Part shown: positions 55,350 through 64,000 of the stretch, piece by piece
Numbering within the stretch: the first letter of the stretch is position 1
How the letters are laid out: the number at the start of each line of letters is the position of its first letter
Assembly (NCBI GenBank): GCA_964194555.1
Contig: CAXMMT010000094.1
Location: 1,890-65,889, forward strand
Length of the DNA stretch: 64,000 nucleotides
Reading direction: 5' to 3'
Source of the DNA: an uncultured Boseongicola sp.
GTDB taxonomy: Bacteria > Actinomycetota > Acidimicrobiia > Spongiisociales > ZC4RG35
Translations under genes and position numbers: made by a program
Notes under the pieces: generated by a model
What the model was told of the DNA's origin: nothing
What the model saw: only the letters and a program-made list of their open reading frames with translations
The model's database searches: none

Positions 55350-57623
55350 GTGCCCAAACGAAAGTCACCGAATCCCTACCTCCTCGGCGGCCCCGACGGG
55401 GGTGCGGTGGTCTATCTGCTCGATGTGGCAACCGAACTCGAGGTAGGTCTACTCGAGAAATGGATTCGAACCCAGATAGGGCACCAAATAGAGACGATGC
55501 GGGTCAGCTCCTCCCGACGCGGTCGTGGGGGCGATCCAATCCAGTTGTCAGAGCGGATAGCGGCAGCCGACGACGCGTTTCTCATACCCGTCAGGGTCGT
55601 CTGGATGGCACCCAAGAAGAAGGGACGCAGATCAGTCACATGGTCGGATGCCCTCAGGCCGGGCGACCCGAGAGACCCGAGAGGGTTGCGAGCCCACTGG
55701 ATTCGTACCTTCCGACCCAGTCGACTCAAGCTGATTACAGCGCAGGGGGCCCTCTCGTCAGATCTGTTATCCGACTATCAGTCTTCAGGAGAGATCGATG
55801 GCATCGCGGCATTCGCGACGCGGCGCGTCTGGAGAGTCCTCGACCAGGCTGAGCGCAAGCTCCGGGGAAACCGGTACAAGATCCCCCGATTCGTGCCGGA
55901 AGCCATTCTGTCGCGGCGAGACTTCGTCACCCAGGTCGACGCGTACGCCCGCGAAGCGGAAGTCGACCCGGATCTGGCGCTCACCGACGCCGAACGGTAC
56001 CTGCGGGAGATGGCGGCGACTCACAGCCCCTACGTCATCGATCTGATCGCCAACGCTATCCATGCTCTTTACCGACAGGGATACGGGGAGATCAAGTATG
56101 ACGCGAATCAGGTGGCAAGAGTGGCCGAGTTGGGTCGTTCCAATCCGGTGATCTTTCTTCCCTCGCATCGGTCCAATCTGGATCGCCTCAGCTTCCAGTT
56201 CATGCTCTGGGAGAACGATTTACCACCAAATCACACGGCCGGAGGCATCAACCTCAACTTCTTCCCTGTCGGCCCGCTCATGCGCAGGACGGGTGTGTTC
56301 TTCATCCGGCGATCGTTCCGCGACAACCTCCTCTACAAGATCGTCCTCAAGGCCTATATCAATTTTCTGATCGAGAAACGCTTCCCGATGGAGTGGTACA
56401 TGGAAGGCGGGAGATCCCGATCCGGAAAGCTGGGACCACCCCGGTACGGCCTCCTTCATTACATCGTCGACTCGCTGCGCAGCGGCAAGGCCGAAGACGT
56501 GCAGTTGATCCCGGTCTCGATTGCCTACGACCAGATACAGGACGTGCCCGACTTCACCCGCGAGGCCCAGGGTCGCACCAAGGAGAAGGAATCCATTGGA
56601 TGGCTCTTCAGGGCCGTCCGCTCACTACGTCGACGCCACGGCGACATCCACATCCGATTGGGCGACCCCATATCGGTGGCGTCGGTGATGGGTTCGATCG
56701 ACGAGGGGGAAGAGGTAACGATCGGGCTCCAGAAACTCGCATTCGAGGTCATGTATCGAATTGGGACCGTGACACCGATTACGCCAACTGCCATAGTCAG
56801 TATCGTCCTTCTGGCCGAAAGAGGATCGGCCCGAACCGCCGATGATCTTGCCGGCACAAGCACCCGTCTCATGGATTTCATAACGGCGCGCGATCTTCCC
56901 CTGACAGCAAAGTCCGATCTCTCCGACCCGGAGGTCGTCACCGTGATCCTCGACTCGCTCTCTGAACACGGAAACGTGTCCAGCCATGAAGCACTGGGGA
57001 GAGTCGTCTACTGGCTGGACGACGAGCAGATGATCAGACTCTCCTACTACCGCAACGTCATAGTTCACTTCTTCCTGAACAGGGCGATCGCCGAGATGGC
57101 CCTCACCTCTCTCATCGACGAAGGAGTGCGTGATGCCGAAGTCGCCGAGAATCGGATGCTGTCCCTGAGAGACCTTTTCAAGTATGAGTTCTTCTTCCCC
57201 GAAAAAGAGCAGTTTCTCGGAGACCTATCTGATGATATTGCACATGACGTCCCGGATTGGCGTTCCGTTCTGAGAGCAACGGGCGCCCTCGGAGTCATCA
57301 CCAAGATGGGAGACCCGGTCGCATACTGGGCCGTTCTCCCCTTTCTCGATGCCTATCAGATCGTTGGAGACGAACTCGAAGGACTGACGGGATCGTTCGA
57401 CGAGAAGAAGTTTCTCAAGGCATGTCTGGCAAGGGCTCGGATGTATCGCATCGAGGAGAGACTCTTCTCCGGGGAAAGCGCCAGCCAGGTTCTCTTCAAA
57501 TCGGCCCTGGCACTCGCGAGAAACCGGGGCCTGCTGGACGACGACCCAGAAGTTGGCGAACGGCGGTCGAGGTTCGCCGCCGAAGTGAGAGAAGCGAGGT
57601 CGCTGGCGGCTTCGGGTCTGTAG
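55350..57623 (+). CDS. plsB: Glycerol-3-phosphate 1-O-acyltransferase (PlsB family)
   Basis: SHRSNLD (HX4D), FFIRR, EGGRSRSGK, PVSIAYD. Confidence 0.92.
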   Translation: MPKRKSPNPYLLGGPDGGAVVYLLDVATELEVGLLEKWIRTQIGHQIETMRVSSSRRGRGGDPIQLSERIAAADDAFLIPVRVVWMAPKKKGRRSVTWSDALRPGDPRDPRGLRAHWIRTFRPSRLKLITAQGALSSDLLSDYQSSGEIDGIAAFATRRVWRVLDQAERKLRGNRYKIPRFVPEAILSRRDFVTQVDAYAREAEVDPDLALTDAERYLREMAATHSPYVIDLIANAIHALYRQGYGEIKYDANQVARVAELGRSNPVIFLPSHRSNLDRLSFQFMLWENDLPPNHTAGGINLNFFPVGPLMRRTGVFFIRRSFRDNLLYKIVLKAYINFLIEKRFPMEWYMEGGRSRSGKLGPPRYGLLHYIVDSLRSGKAEDVQLIPVSIAYDQIQDVPDFTREAQGRTKEKESIGWLFRAVRSLRRRHGDIHIRLGDPISVASVMGSIDEGEEVTIGLQKLAFEVMYRIGTVTPITPTAIVSIVLLAERGSARTADDLAGTSTRLMDFITARDLPLTAKSDLSDPEVVTVILDSLSEHGNVSSHEALGRVVYWLDDEQMIRLSYYRNVIVHFFLNRAIAEMALTSLIDEGVRDAEVAENRMLSLRDLFKYEFFFPEKEQFLGDLSDDIAHDVPDWRSVLRATGALGVITKMGDPVAYWAVLPFLDAYQIVGDELEGLTGSFDEKKFLKACLARARMYRIEERLFSGESASQVLFKSALALARNRGLLDDDPEVGERRSRFAAEVREARSLAASGL

Positions 57624-57643
57624 TTGTGTTTCGAAGCCTGGGG

Positions 57644-58150
57644 TCAGTCGCTCTTGTTGAACTTTCGATGGGCCTCGGCGATCATCTCAGCTGAGGTCTT
57701 TGGCCCAACATCTTCGACTTCGATGTCCGGCGAACTCACTGACTCCTCAGAGGGCTCAAATCCGATCGCCTCCGCCAGTTCGTCCTCGTCGACCGGTGCG
57801 GGCTCGACCGGAGGAGGGGGGGCGGGTCTACGTTGGACGGGACGTGGCGCCGGAGGAGGCGTCGGGGGAGGTGACGGCTGGTCTTGCTGCTCGGACGGGT
57901 CATTCGGAGACCCGAGGGCGTCTTCGACACTTACGCGACGGCTGCGTCTCCGAATGGCGCGTCCGGAAAACACCAGGATGAGCGGTATGAAAAAGCTCGA
58001 CCCGAAGAAGGCCAGGATGTCACCTAGTGGGGTGCCCCCGACATTGATGAAACGCGACATGAAGTAGAGAACAAACCAGACCGAGCCGATGCCGGAGAGA
58101 ATTCTCCCGAGACGAGCGCGTCCGTCACTATCTGCCATGACCTCATTCAA
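57644..58150 (-). CDS. Hypothetical membrane protein with Pro-rich tail
   Basis: Two TM helices, Pro-rich and acidic C-terminus. Confidence 0.7.
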   Translation of the reverse strand: MNEVMADSDGRARLGRILSGIGSVWFVLYFMSRFINVGGTPLGDILAFFGSSFFIPLILVFSGRAIRRRSRRVSVEDALGSPNDPSEQQDQPSPPPTPPPAPRPVQRRPAPPPPVEPAPVDEDELAEAIGFEPSEESVSSPDIEVEDVGPKTSAEMIAEAHRKFNKSD

Positions 58151-58153
58151 CCA

Positions 58154-58700
58154 TCAGTGACGGGTGATAGCGACGCGAAGTCGCCAGCCGGCAAGAGTCA
58201 GCAGGACTACGGCATAGAGGGACAGAACCCCAAGCTCCAGAAGGATGTCGACCGTGGTCCCTCCGCGTCTCACCAGTTCGGCGAAGGCGTCGAGGGCCCA
58301 GGCATGTGGAGTCAGGTGCGCGACCCTTTGCATGGTTGGCCCAAACAGTTCCAGGGGCAACATCGATCCGCCCAGAGCCGCCAAACCGATGCTGAGCATC
58401 ACTCCGATACCGCTTGCCTGCTGATCATTCTTGAAGGTTGCCCCCAGGAGGATGCCGGCACCTGCTCCAACCGCCGAGAAGGTCACAAGAATCAGAAATG
58501 ACCCCACCACTCACCCGCACCTCCCCGGCGTCACTCTCGAGAAGACCGGCAATCATCGAGATCGAGGTTGTCTTGCCGGCGCCATTGGGACCCAACAAAC
58601 CGTAGGTTTCGCCATGGGCGATAGTGAAACTGACACCATCGACGGCGGTCAGGTCGCCAAATGCCTTGACCAGACCTGTGGCCTGAAGAACCTCGGTCAG
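58154..58700 (-). pseudogene. Collapsed ABC-2 transporter operon: ATPase 5' fragment joined out of frame to permease 3' fragment
   Basis: 58700 to ~58508 encodes LVKAFGDLTAVDGVSF...GLLGPNGAGKTT; ~58510-58154 encodes LGGSMLPLE...LTPHAWALDAF permease C-terminus. Confidence 0.85.
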
Positions 58701-58774
58701 AATATGGCTCCTGGTCGCGAACCCGACACTCTATCGCTTCGGATTCAGGCAGGGTTTGCCGGTACCCTCAAAGG

Positions 58775-59659
58775 GTGAGCAGCTACATCCAGACAGCCTC
58801 CGGGCTTCTGCACTGGCGCGACTATGGAGGCGGTGGTGAGGTCATAGTGCTCGTCCACGGTCTTGGGGGTTCGGTGGCCAACTGGGACGCAGTGGGACCG
58901 AGACTCGCCGATATGGGACGAACCGTCGCGCTGGACCTGCCCGGATTCGGGCTCTCTCCCCCCGCAAGCGATTGGGAGCTCGATACTCACGCCGGGGCCG
59001 TAGAGGCTTTCATCGCCGAGTTTGCCCCGTCGGCAACTCTGGTGGGCAACTCGATGGGCAGCCTGCTTTCCGAGATGGTTGCCTCCAGAGCGCCTGAGAC
59101 GGTCGACTCCCTCGTACTCGTAGCACCGGCAACTCCCCCACGGTTGCCAGATCCGAGGATTCATTGGCCTACGGCACGACGTCTCGCTTTCCAGGCGACA
59201 CCGGTTGTGGGTCGGGCGGTGTCGCGACGCTTTCTTCAGCGGCTCACTCCCGAGGAGTTCGTGAAGCTGAGTCTGGAGACGATCACTCACAAGCCCGGCC
59301 GGGTCCCAATGCCGCTTGTTGAGGAGTTCGTCAAGCTCGCAGCTGTGAGGATGGAACTCCCCTGGGCCGAGGAGGCGGTGCCGGATACCGGACGATCCAT
59401 TGCCCGGACGTTTCGCAAGCCCTCCTCGTTTGTGACCATGATCAGGGGTATCAAGGCACCGACTCTCGTGGTTCACGGTCTCGAGGATCGCATCGTGTCT
59501 CCAACCGCGGTCGAGTGGCTCTGCTCGCTGAGACCCGACTGGCAACTCGTCCAGATGCAGGACACGGGCCACGTCCCCCAACTCGATGCGCCCGTTCGGT
59601 TCCTCGATGCCATCGTCCCATGGCTCCGGGCCTCGCTGAAACGCGAAATCACGGCCTAG
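58775..59659 (+). CDS. Alpha/beta hydrolase
   Basis: VHGLGGS, DLPGFG, GNSMG, HGLEDRIV, GHVPQ. Confidence 0.92.
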   Translation: MSSYIQTASGLLHWRDYGGGGEVIVLVHGLGGSVANWDAVGPRLADMGRTVALDLPGFGLSPPASDWELDTHAGAVEAFIAEFAPSATLVGNSMGSLLSEMVASRAPETVDSLVLVAPATPPRLPDPRIHWPTARRLAFQATPVVGRAVSRRFLQRLTPEEFVKLSLETITHKPGRVPMPLVEEFVKLAAVRMELPWAEEAVPDTGRSIARTFRKPSSFVTMIRGIKAPTLVVHGLEDRIVSPTAVEWLCSLRPDWQLVQMQDTGHVPQLDAPVRFLDAIVPWLRASLKREITA

Positions 59660-59669
59660 CCTGATACTC

Positions 59670-62393
59670 ATGACCGGAGACCTCGGCGAGACCATCGGTG
59701 ACGAATACGTTCACCAGTTGCTGGATGCCGACCCCATCGAAACCAGAGAATGGATCGAGTCACTCGATGCGGTGGCCGAGGCGCACGGACCGGTGCGCGC
59801 CCGGTTTCTTCTGGCCAAGCTGCTGGAACGAGCCCACAAGAAGCGTCTCGGGGTTCCCGGAGCTGTCACCACTCCGTATATCAACACCATCCCACCCGAG
59901 GAACAGCCCGACTTTCCTGGCGATGAGCACCTGGAACGCCGGATCCGAAGATTCATTCGCTGGAACGCCGCAGTCATGGTGGTCAAGGCCAACCACAGGG
60001 AAAAAGGCATCGGAGGTCATCTATCGACCTTCGCCTCCTCGGCCACTCTCTACGAGATCGGCTTCAACCACTTCTTTCGTGGCAGGAACGCTCCCGGCGG
60101 TGGTGACCATGTCTACATACAGGGCCATGCCGCTCCGGGGATATACGCCAGGGCATATCTCGAGGGTCGGTTTGACGAGAAGCATCTGGACAACTTTCGC
60201 TTCGAGATCGACGGTGACGGTCTCTCCTCGTATCCACACCCGAGACTCATGCCGGATTTCTGGGAGTACCCGACGGTTTCGATGGGTCTGGGGCCGATCA
60301 ACTCCATCTATCACGCCCGTTTCAACAAGTACCTGCACAATCGTGATCTGAACGACACGTCAGACTCCAGGATCTGGTGTTTCATCGGGGACGGCGAGAC
60401 CGATGAGCCCGAAACGCTCGGAGCCATCTCGCTGGCCACTCGAGAGGGTCTCGACAATCTCACCTGGGTCGTCAATTGCAACCTTCAGCGACTCGACGGC
60501 CCTGTCCGGGGAAACGGGCAGATCATCACCGAGTTGGAGGCCGGTTTCCGAGGCGCCGGCTGGAATGTCATCAAGGTCATCTGGGGAACCGGGTGGGACC
60601 CGCTGCTTGCCCAGGACATCGAGGGAGCTCTGGTTGACGTCATGGGCTCCACAGTCGACGGCGAATACCAGAGGTACAAGGCCGAGGATGGCGGATATGT
60701 CCGCGAGCACTTCTTCGGTAAGGACCCCCGCACCAAGGAACTCGTCAGCGACTGGACCGATGATGAGATCTGGTCTCTGCGCCGGGGTGGGCTCGACTAT
60801 CGCAAGGTCTATGGCGCCTACAAGGTGGCCACCGAGCTCAACAACGGCAAACCGACCGTCATCCTCGCCAAGACGATCAAGGGCTGGACTCTCGGTCCAG
60901 ATGTCGAGGGCCGCAACGCCACCCACTCCATCAAAGAGCTGACCAACAAACAGCTATTGGACCTGCGGGCGACTCTTCACCTCGAAGAAGAGATCCCGAT
61001 CAACACCCTCGATGAAGACAAGGTGCCGCCCTATTTTCGGCCGGGCCCGGGGACACCTGAGCATGAGTATCTGCACGCGCGGCGCGAGGAGCTCGGCGGG
61101 CCCCTGCCGCAGCGTGACGCCGGCCAGGACGTCTCACTGACCCTCCCTGGATCCGAGACATATGAAGATGTCTACGCCGGCTCGGGAAAGGTCGAGGCGT
61201 CGACCACCTCGGCCTTCACCCGACTGTTGCGCAACCTGTCCCGCTCGGAGGAATTCGGGCCGCATGTCGTCCCCATCGTCCCCGATGAAGCCAGGACGTT
61301 TGGAATGGACTCACTCTTCCGCGAGATGAAGATCTACGCCTCCAAAGGTCAGCTATACGAGCCCGTAGACGCCGCCATGCTTCTCTCCTACAGCGAAGCC
61401 CAGGACGGCCAAATCCTCGAAGAAGGCATTACCGAGTCCGGATCAATGGCATCGTGGACGGCGGCCGCAACCTCGTATGCAACCAGGAGCGTCCCCATGG
61501 TCCCGTTCTTCATCTTCTACTCGATGTTCGGCTTCCAGCGGGTCGGCGACCTGATCTGGAGCGCCAGCGACGCTCGAGCTCGGGGTTTTCTTCTGGGCGC
61601 GACCGCGGGACGCACCACCCTTCAAGGCGAGGGACTGCAACATCAGGATGGGCACAGCCTGATCCTGGCCTCCACCGTCCCGGTCTGTCAGGCGTACGAC
61701 CCGGCATTCGCTTACGAGGTGGGGACCATCGTCGAACACGGCCTGGAGCGGATGTACGGCGCTGATCCGGAAGACGTCTTCTACTACCTCACCCTCTACA
61801 ACGAGATCTATGCACAGCCCGAGAAGCCCGAAGGAGTGGATCGAGGCATCATCGACGGGCTCTACCGGTGGGCGCCTGCGCCGGACGAATTCGGGGCCGA
61901 TCTGAAGATCCTGTTCTCGGGCACAGCCAATCTGGCTGCAAGAGAAGCTGTGGCCGACCTGGCCGAGCACTACGGCATCGGAGCGGAACTCTGGTCGGCA
62001 ACCTCATACAAGAAGCTCCGAGAGGAGGCTCTGGGTGTGGAGCGTTGGAACCGGCTTCACCCGGGCGACGAGCCACAAGTGCCTCTGGCGACACGTCTCC
62101 TGTCTCACACCGGCGGACCCACCCTTGCCGTTAGCGACTTCATGACACTCGTCCCGGATCAGATTGCCCGATGGGTACCCGACGACTTTTCCATACTCGG
62201 GACAGACGGTTACGGCCGCTCCGATTCTCGGCACGCATTGCGTCGGTTCTTCGAAATCAATGCCGGACACATCGTCTCGACTGCACTCTCAGCACTGGCG
62301 AGACAAGGCCGTGTCCCGGTCTCCACGGTCCGCGATGCCTTCGATCGCTACCACATCGACCCCGAAGCGGTCGACCCGGCCCGGGCTCACTGA
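59670..62393 (+). CDS. aceE: Pyruvate dehydrogenase E1, homodimeric type
   Basis: DPIETREW, YPHPRLMP, GDGETDEPE, NCNLQRLDGPVRGN, PDEARTFG, GEGLQHQDG. Confidence 0.97.
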   Translation: MTGDLGETIGDEYVHQLLDADPIETREWIESLDAVAEAHGPVRARFLLAKLLERAHKKRLGVPGAVTTPYINTIPPEEQPDFPGDEHLERRIRRFIRWNAAVMVVKANHREKGIGGHLSTFASSATLYEIGFNHFFRGRNAPGGGDHVYIQGHAAPGIYARAYLEGRFDEKHLDNFRFEIDGDGLSSYPHPRLMPDFWEYPTVSMGLGPINSIYHARFNKYLHNRDLNDTSDSRIWCFIGDGETDEPETLGAISLATREGLDNLTWVVNCNLQRLDGPVRGNGQIITELEAGFRGAGWNVIKVIWGTGWDPLLAQDIEGALVDVMGSTVDGEYQRYKAEDGGYVREHFFGKDPRTKELVSDWTDDEIWSLRRGGLDYRKVYGAYKVATELNNGKPTVILAKTIKGWTLGPDVEGRNATHSIKELTNKQLLDLRATLHLEEEIPINTLDEDKVPPYFRPGPGTPEHEYLHARREELGGPLPQRDAGQDVSLTLPGSETYEDVYAGSGKVEASTTSAFTRLLRNLSRSEEFGPHVVPIVPDEARTFGMDSLFREMKIYASKGQLYEPVDAAMLLSYSEAQDGQILEEGITESGSMASWTAAATSYATRSVPMVPFFIFYSMFGFQRVGDLIWSASDARARGFLLGATAGRTTLQGEGLQHQDGHSLILASTVPVCQAYDPAFAYEVGTIVEHGLERMYGADPEDVFYYLTLYNEIYAQPEKPEGVDRGIIDGLYRWAPAPDEFGADLKILFSGTANLAAREAVADLAEHYGIGAELWSATSYKKLREEALGVERWNRLHPGDEPQVPLATRLLSHTGGPTLAVSDFMTLVPDQIARWVPDDFSILGTDGYGRSDSRHALRRFFEINAGHIVSTALSALARQGRVPVSTVRDAFDRYHIDPEAVDPARAH

Positions 62394-63574
62394 TGGCTAC
62401 ATACCACGAAATGGTCGAGGCGGCCCGCGCCGGGATCGAGGAGATGACCCCTGCTCAGGTCATGAAGCGTCTCGACACGATGATCGTCATTGACGTCCGC
62501 GAAACCGATGAGTACCAGCAGGGAGCGCTTCCCGACGCCCGATTCCTCCCTCGCGGCATCCTGGAGCGCGACATTGCCACTGTGGTCGCCGACAAAAGCG
62601 CCGAGCTGGTTCTCTACTGCTCCGCCGGGGGGAGATCGGCGTTGGCTGCTGTGGCTTTGACGCAGATGGGTTACGAGCGCGTCGTCTCCATGGCTGGCGG
62701 GTTTGACCGATGGAAGACCGAGGGTCTGCCGTGGGGCGATCCGACCGGTCTCACCACCGATCAGCGAATCAGGTATGCCCGTCATGTCCGACTGCCCGAG
62801 ATCGGCGAGACCGGCCAGCTCGATCTGCTCGGCGCCCGGGTCATGCTGGTGGGTGCGGGAGGGTTGGGCTCCCCGGCTGCTCTCTATCTGGCGGCGGCAG
62901 GGGTAGGCACCATCGGCATTGTCGATGACGACGTCGTCGACCCCTCCAACCTGCAGCGTCAGGTGCTTCACAACATCGACCGGGTCGGCATGCCAAAAGT
63001 GGAGTCGGCTCGTGAGACCCTCCTCGCCCTCAACCCCGACGTCAAGGTCGAGATCCACCGGGAGCGTCTCAACGCTGCCAACGCCTTGACGATCATGGCC
63101 AACTACGACGTGGTGGTCGACGGAGGTGACAACTTCCCGACCCGGTACCTGGTCAACGACGCTTCGCTTCATCTGCGTGTCCCCGTCGTCCACGGCTCGA
63201 TCTTCCGATTCGAAGGCCAGGCGGCCGTCTTCACGCCATACGAGGGCCCGTGTTATCGGTGTCTCCATCCCGAGCCACCCCCTCCTGAGCTCGCCCCTTC
63301 TTGCGCCGAAGCCGGTGTTCTCGGAGTGTTGCCCGGTGTCATCGGCTCGATCCAGGCCATGGAGACAATCAAGGTGCTGCTCGGGATCGGCGACACCCTT
63401 TCCGGTCGTCTCCTCATCTACGACGCCCTGGAGCAAGACTTCATGACCGTTTCCGTCAAACGGAACCCGGGTTGCCCGGCCTGCTCCGAACCCGATCGCC
63501 CACCCGCGCTGGTCGACTACGACGAGCTCTGCAGCCCTGCAGGCAATGTTGAGCGAGACACTCCACCTGTCTGA
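62393..63574 (+). CDS. moeB: Rhodanese-MoeB fusion (sulfur-carrier adenylyltransferase/sulfurtransferase)
   Basis: N-terminal IDVRE...YCSAGGRS; RYARH, GAGGLGSP, SNLQRQ, PCYRC, SCAEAGVLG. Confidence 0.93.
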   Translation: MATYHEMVEAARAGIEEMTPAQVMKRLDTMIVIDVRETDEYQQGALPDARFLPRGILERDIATVVADKSAELVLYCSAGGRSALAAVALTQMGYERVVSMAGGFDRWKTEGLPWGDPTGLTTDQRIRYARHVRLPEIGETGQLDLLGARVMLVGAGGLGSPAALYLAAAGVGTIGIVDDDVVDPSNLQRQVLHNIDRVGMPKVESARETLLALNPDVKVEIHRERLNAANALTIMANYDVVVDGGDNFPTRYLVNDASLHLRVPVVHGSIFRFEGQAAVFTPYEGPCYRCLHPEPPPPELAPSCAEAGVLGVLPGVIGSIQAMETIKVLLGIGDTLSGRLLIYDALEQDFMTVSVKRNPGCPACSEPDRPPALVDYDELCSPAGNVERDTPPV

Positions 63575-63947
63575 GCCGCTGCGGCGGCTGATCATCGATC
63601 ATTGTGTTCTCGCCCTTCCCAATGAGGGTTGTGGTCTGATCGCGTCTAACGAAGACGAGCATGTGGTTGCCGTTTATGCGACCGGCAATCAGGACGAGTC
63701 GCCGTCCGGGTACACGGTGCCTCCTGAAGAGCACTTCGCAGCGTTGAGGGATGCGGAATCAAAGGGCTGGGATTTGTCGGGGGTGTTCCACTCCCATCCC
63801 ACCGGAGCGGCGTCTCCATCGATGGTCGATGTGGCGACGGCGTTGGATCCGGAGTGGGTCTATCTGGTGGTTGGGCTGCAAGGCCCACCGGAGATTCGGG
63901 CTTGGAGAATCCGCGAGAAGGAAATCGAAGAAATTTCTCTGGTCTAG
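63546..63947 (+). CDS. JAB/Mov34 (M67, Mec-like) metallopeptidase
   Basis: PNEGCG, FHSHP...PSMVD. Confidence 0.92.
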   Translation: MLSETLHLSEPLRRLIIDHCVLALPNEGCGLIASNEDEHVVAVYATGNQDESPSGYTVPPEEHFAALRDAESKGWDLSGVFHSHPTGAASPSMVDVATALDPEWVYLVVGLQGPPEIRAWRIREKEIEEISLV

Positions 63948-63965
63948 CCCGATTTCGTCCTTTCT

Positions 63966-63987
63966 TGTCATACCCGGTCTGTACATA
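63966..63987 (+). promoter_or_regulatory. Possible third RecA-NDp/PafBC-type promoter for a gene starting at 63994
   Basis: TGTCAT-N10-TACATA-N6-ATG; last -10 base deviates from consensus. Confidence 0.45.
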
Positions 63988-64000
63988 TCGGGTATGGGAG

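Overview
A GC-rich bacterial chromosome segment. Gene content and order (rpmB-recG-rsmD-coaD-yceD-rpmF-plsX-rnc...mutM-acyP-smc-ftsY, adnAB, homodimeric aceE, many leaderless genes) point to an actinomycete, most likely an Acidimicrobiia-type organism (inference). About 60 CDS, mostly housekeeping; no rRNA, tRNA, CRISPR array or transposase seen. Main unexplained signals: (1) the CDS-free interval 40500-41200 appears to hold two tandem, paralogous non-coding RNA genes on the minus strand, a ~390-nt tetraloop-rich multibranched RNA and a ~125-nt RNA. Each has its own sigma70-type promoter, an identically placed upstream TCGCG repeat, and a shared 3' hairpin domain. (2) An ammonium transporter fused to GAF-PAS-histidine kinase sits directly upstream of a receiver protein carrying one degenerate and one intact class III nucleotidyl cyclase domain, a candidate ammonium-to-cyclic-nucleotide signalling module. 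(3) A ~165-bp CTAG-bounded palindromic element family has three copies, one inserted in frame in argC. (4) A Xanthomonas-type arginine cluster (AOTCase, bifunctional NAGS/K, ArgC) is present. (5) PafBC-type promoters precede DNA-repair genes, DosR-like boxes precede one gene, several starts are non-canonical, and one ABC transporter operon has been collapsed by a deletion. All family assignments are by motif recognition, not database search.
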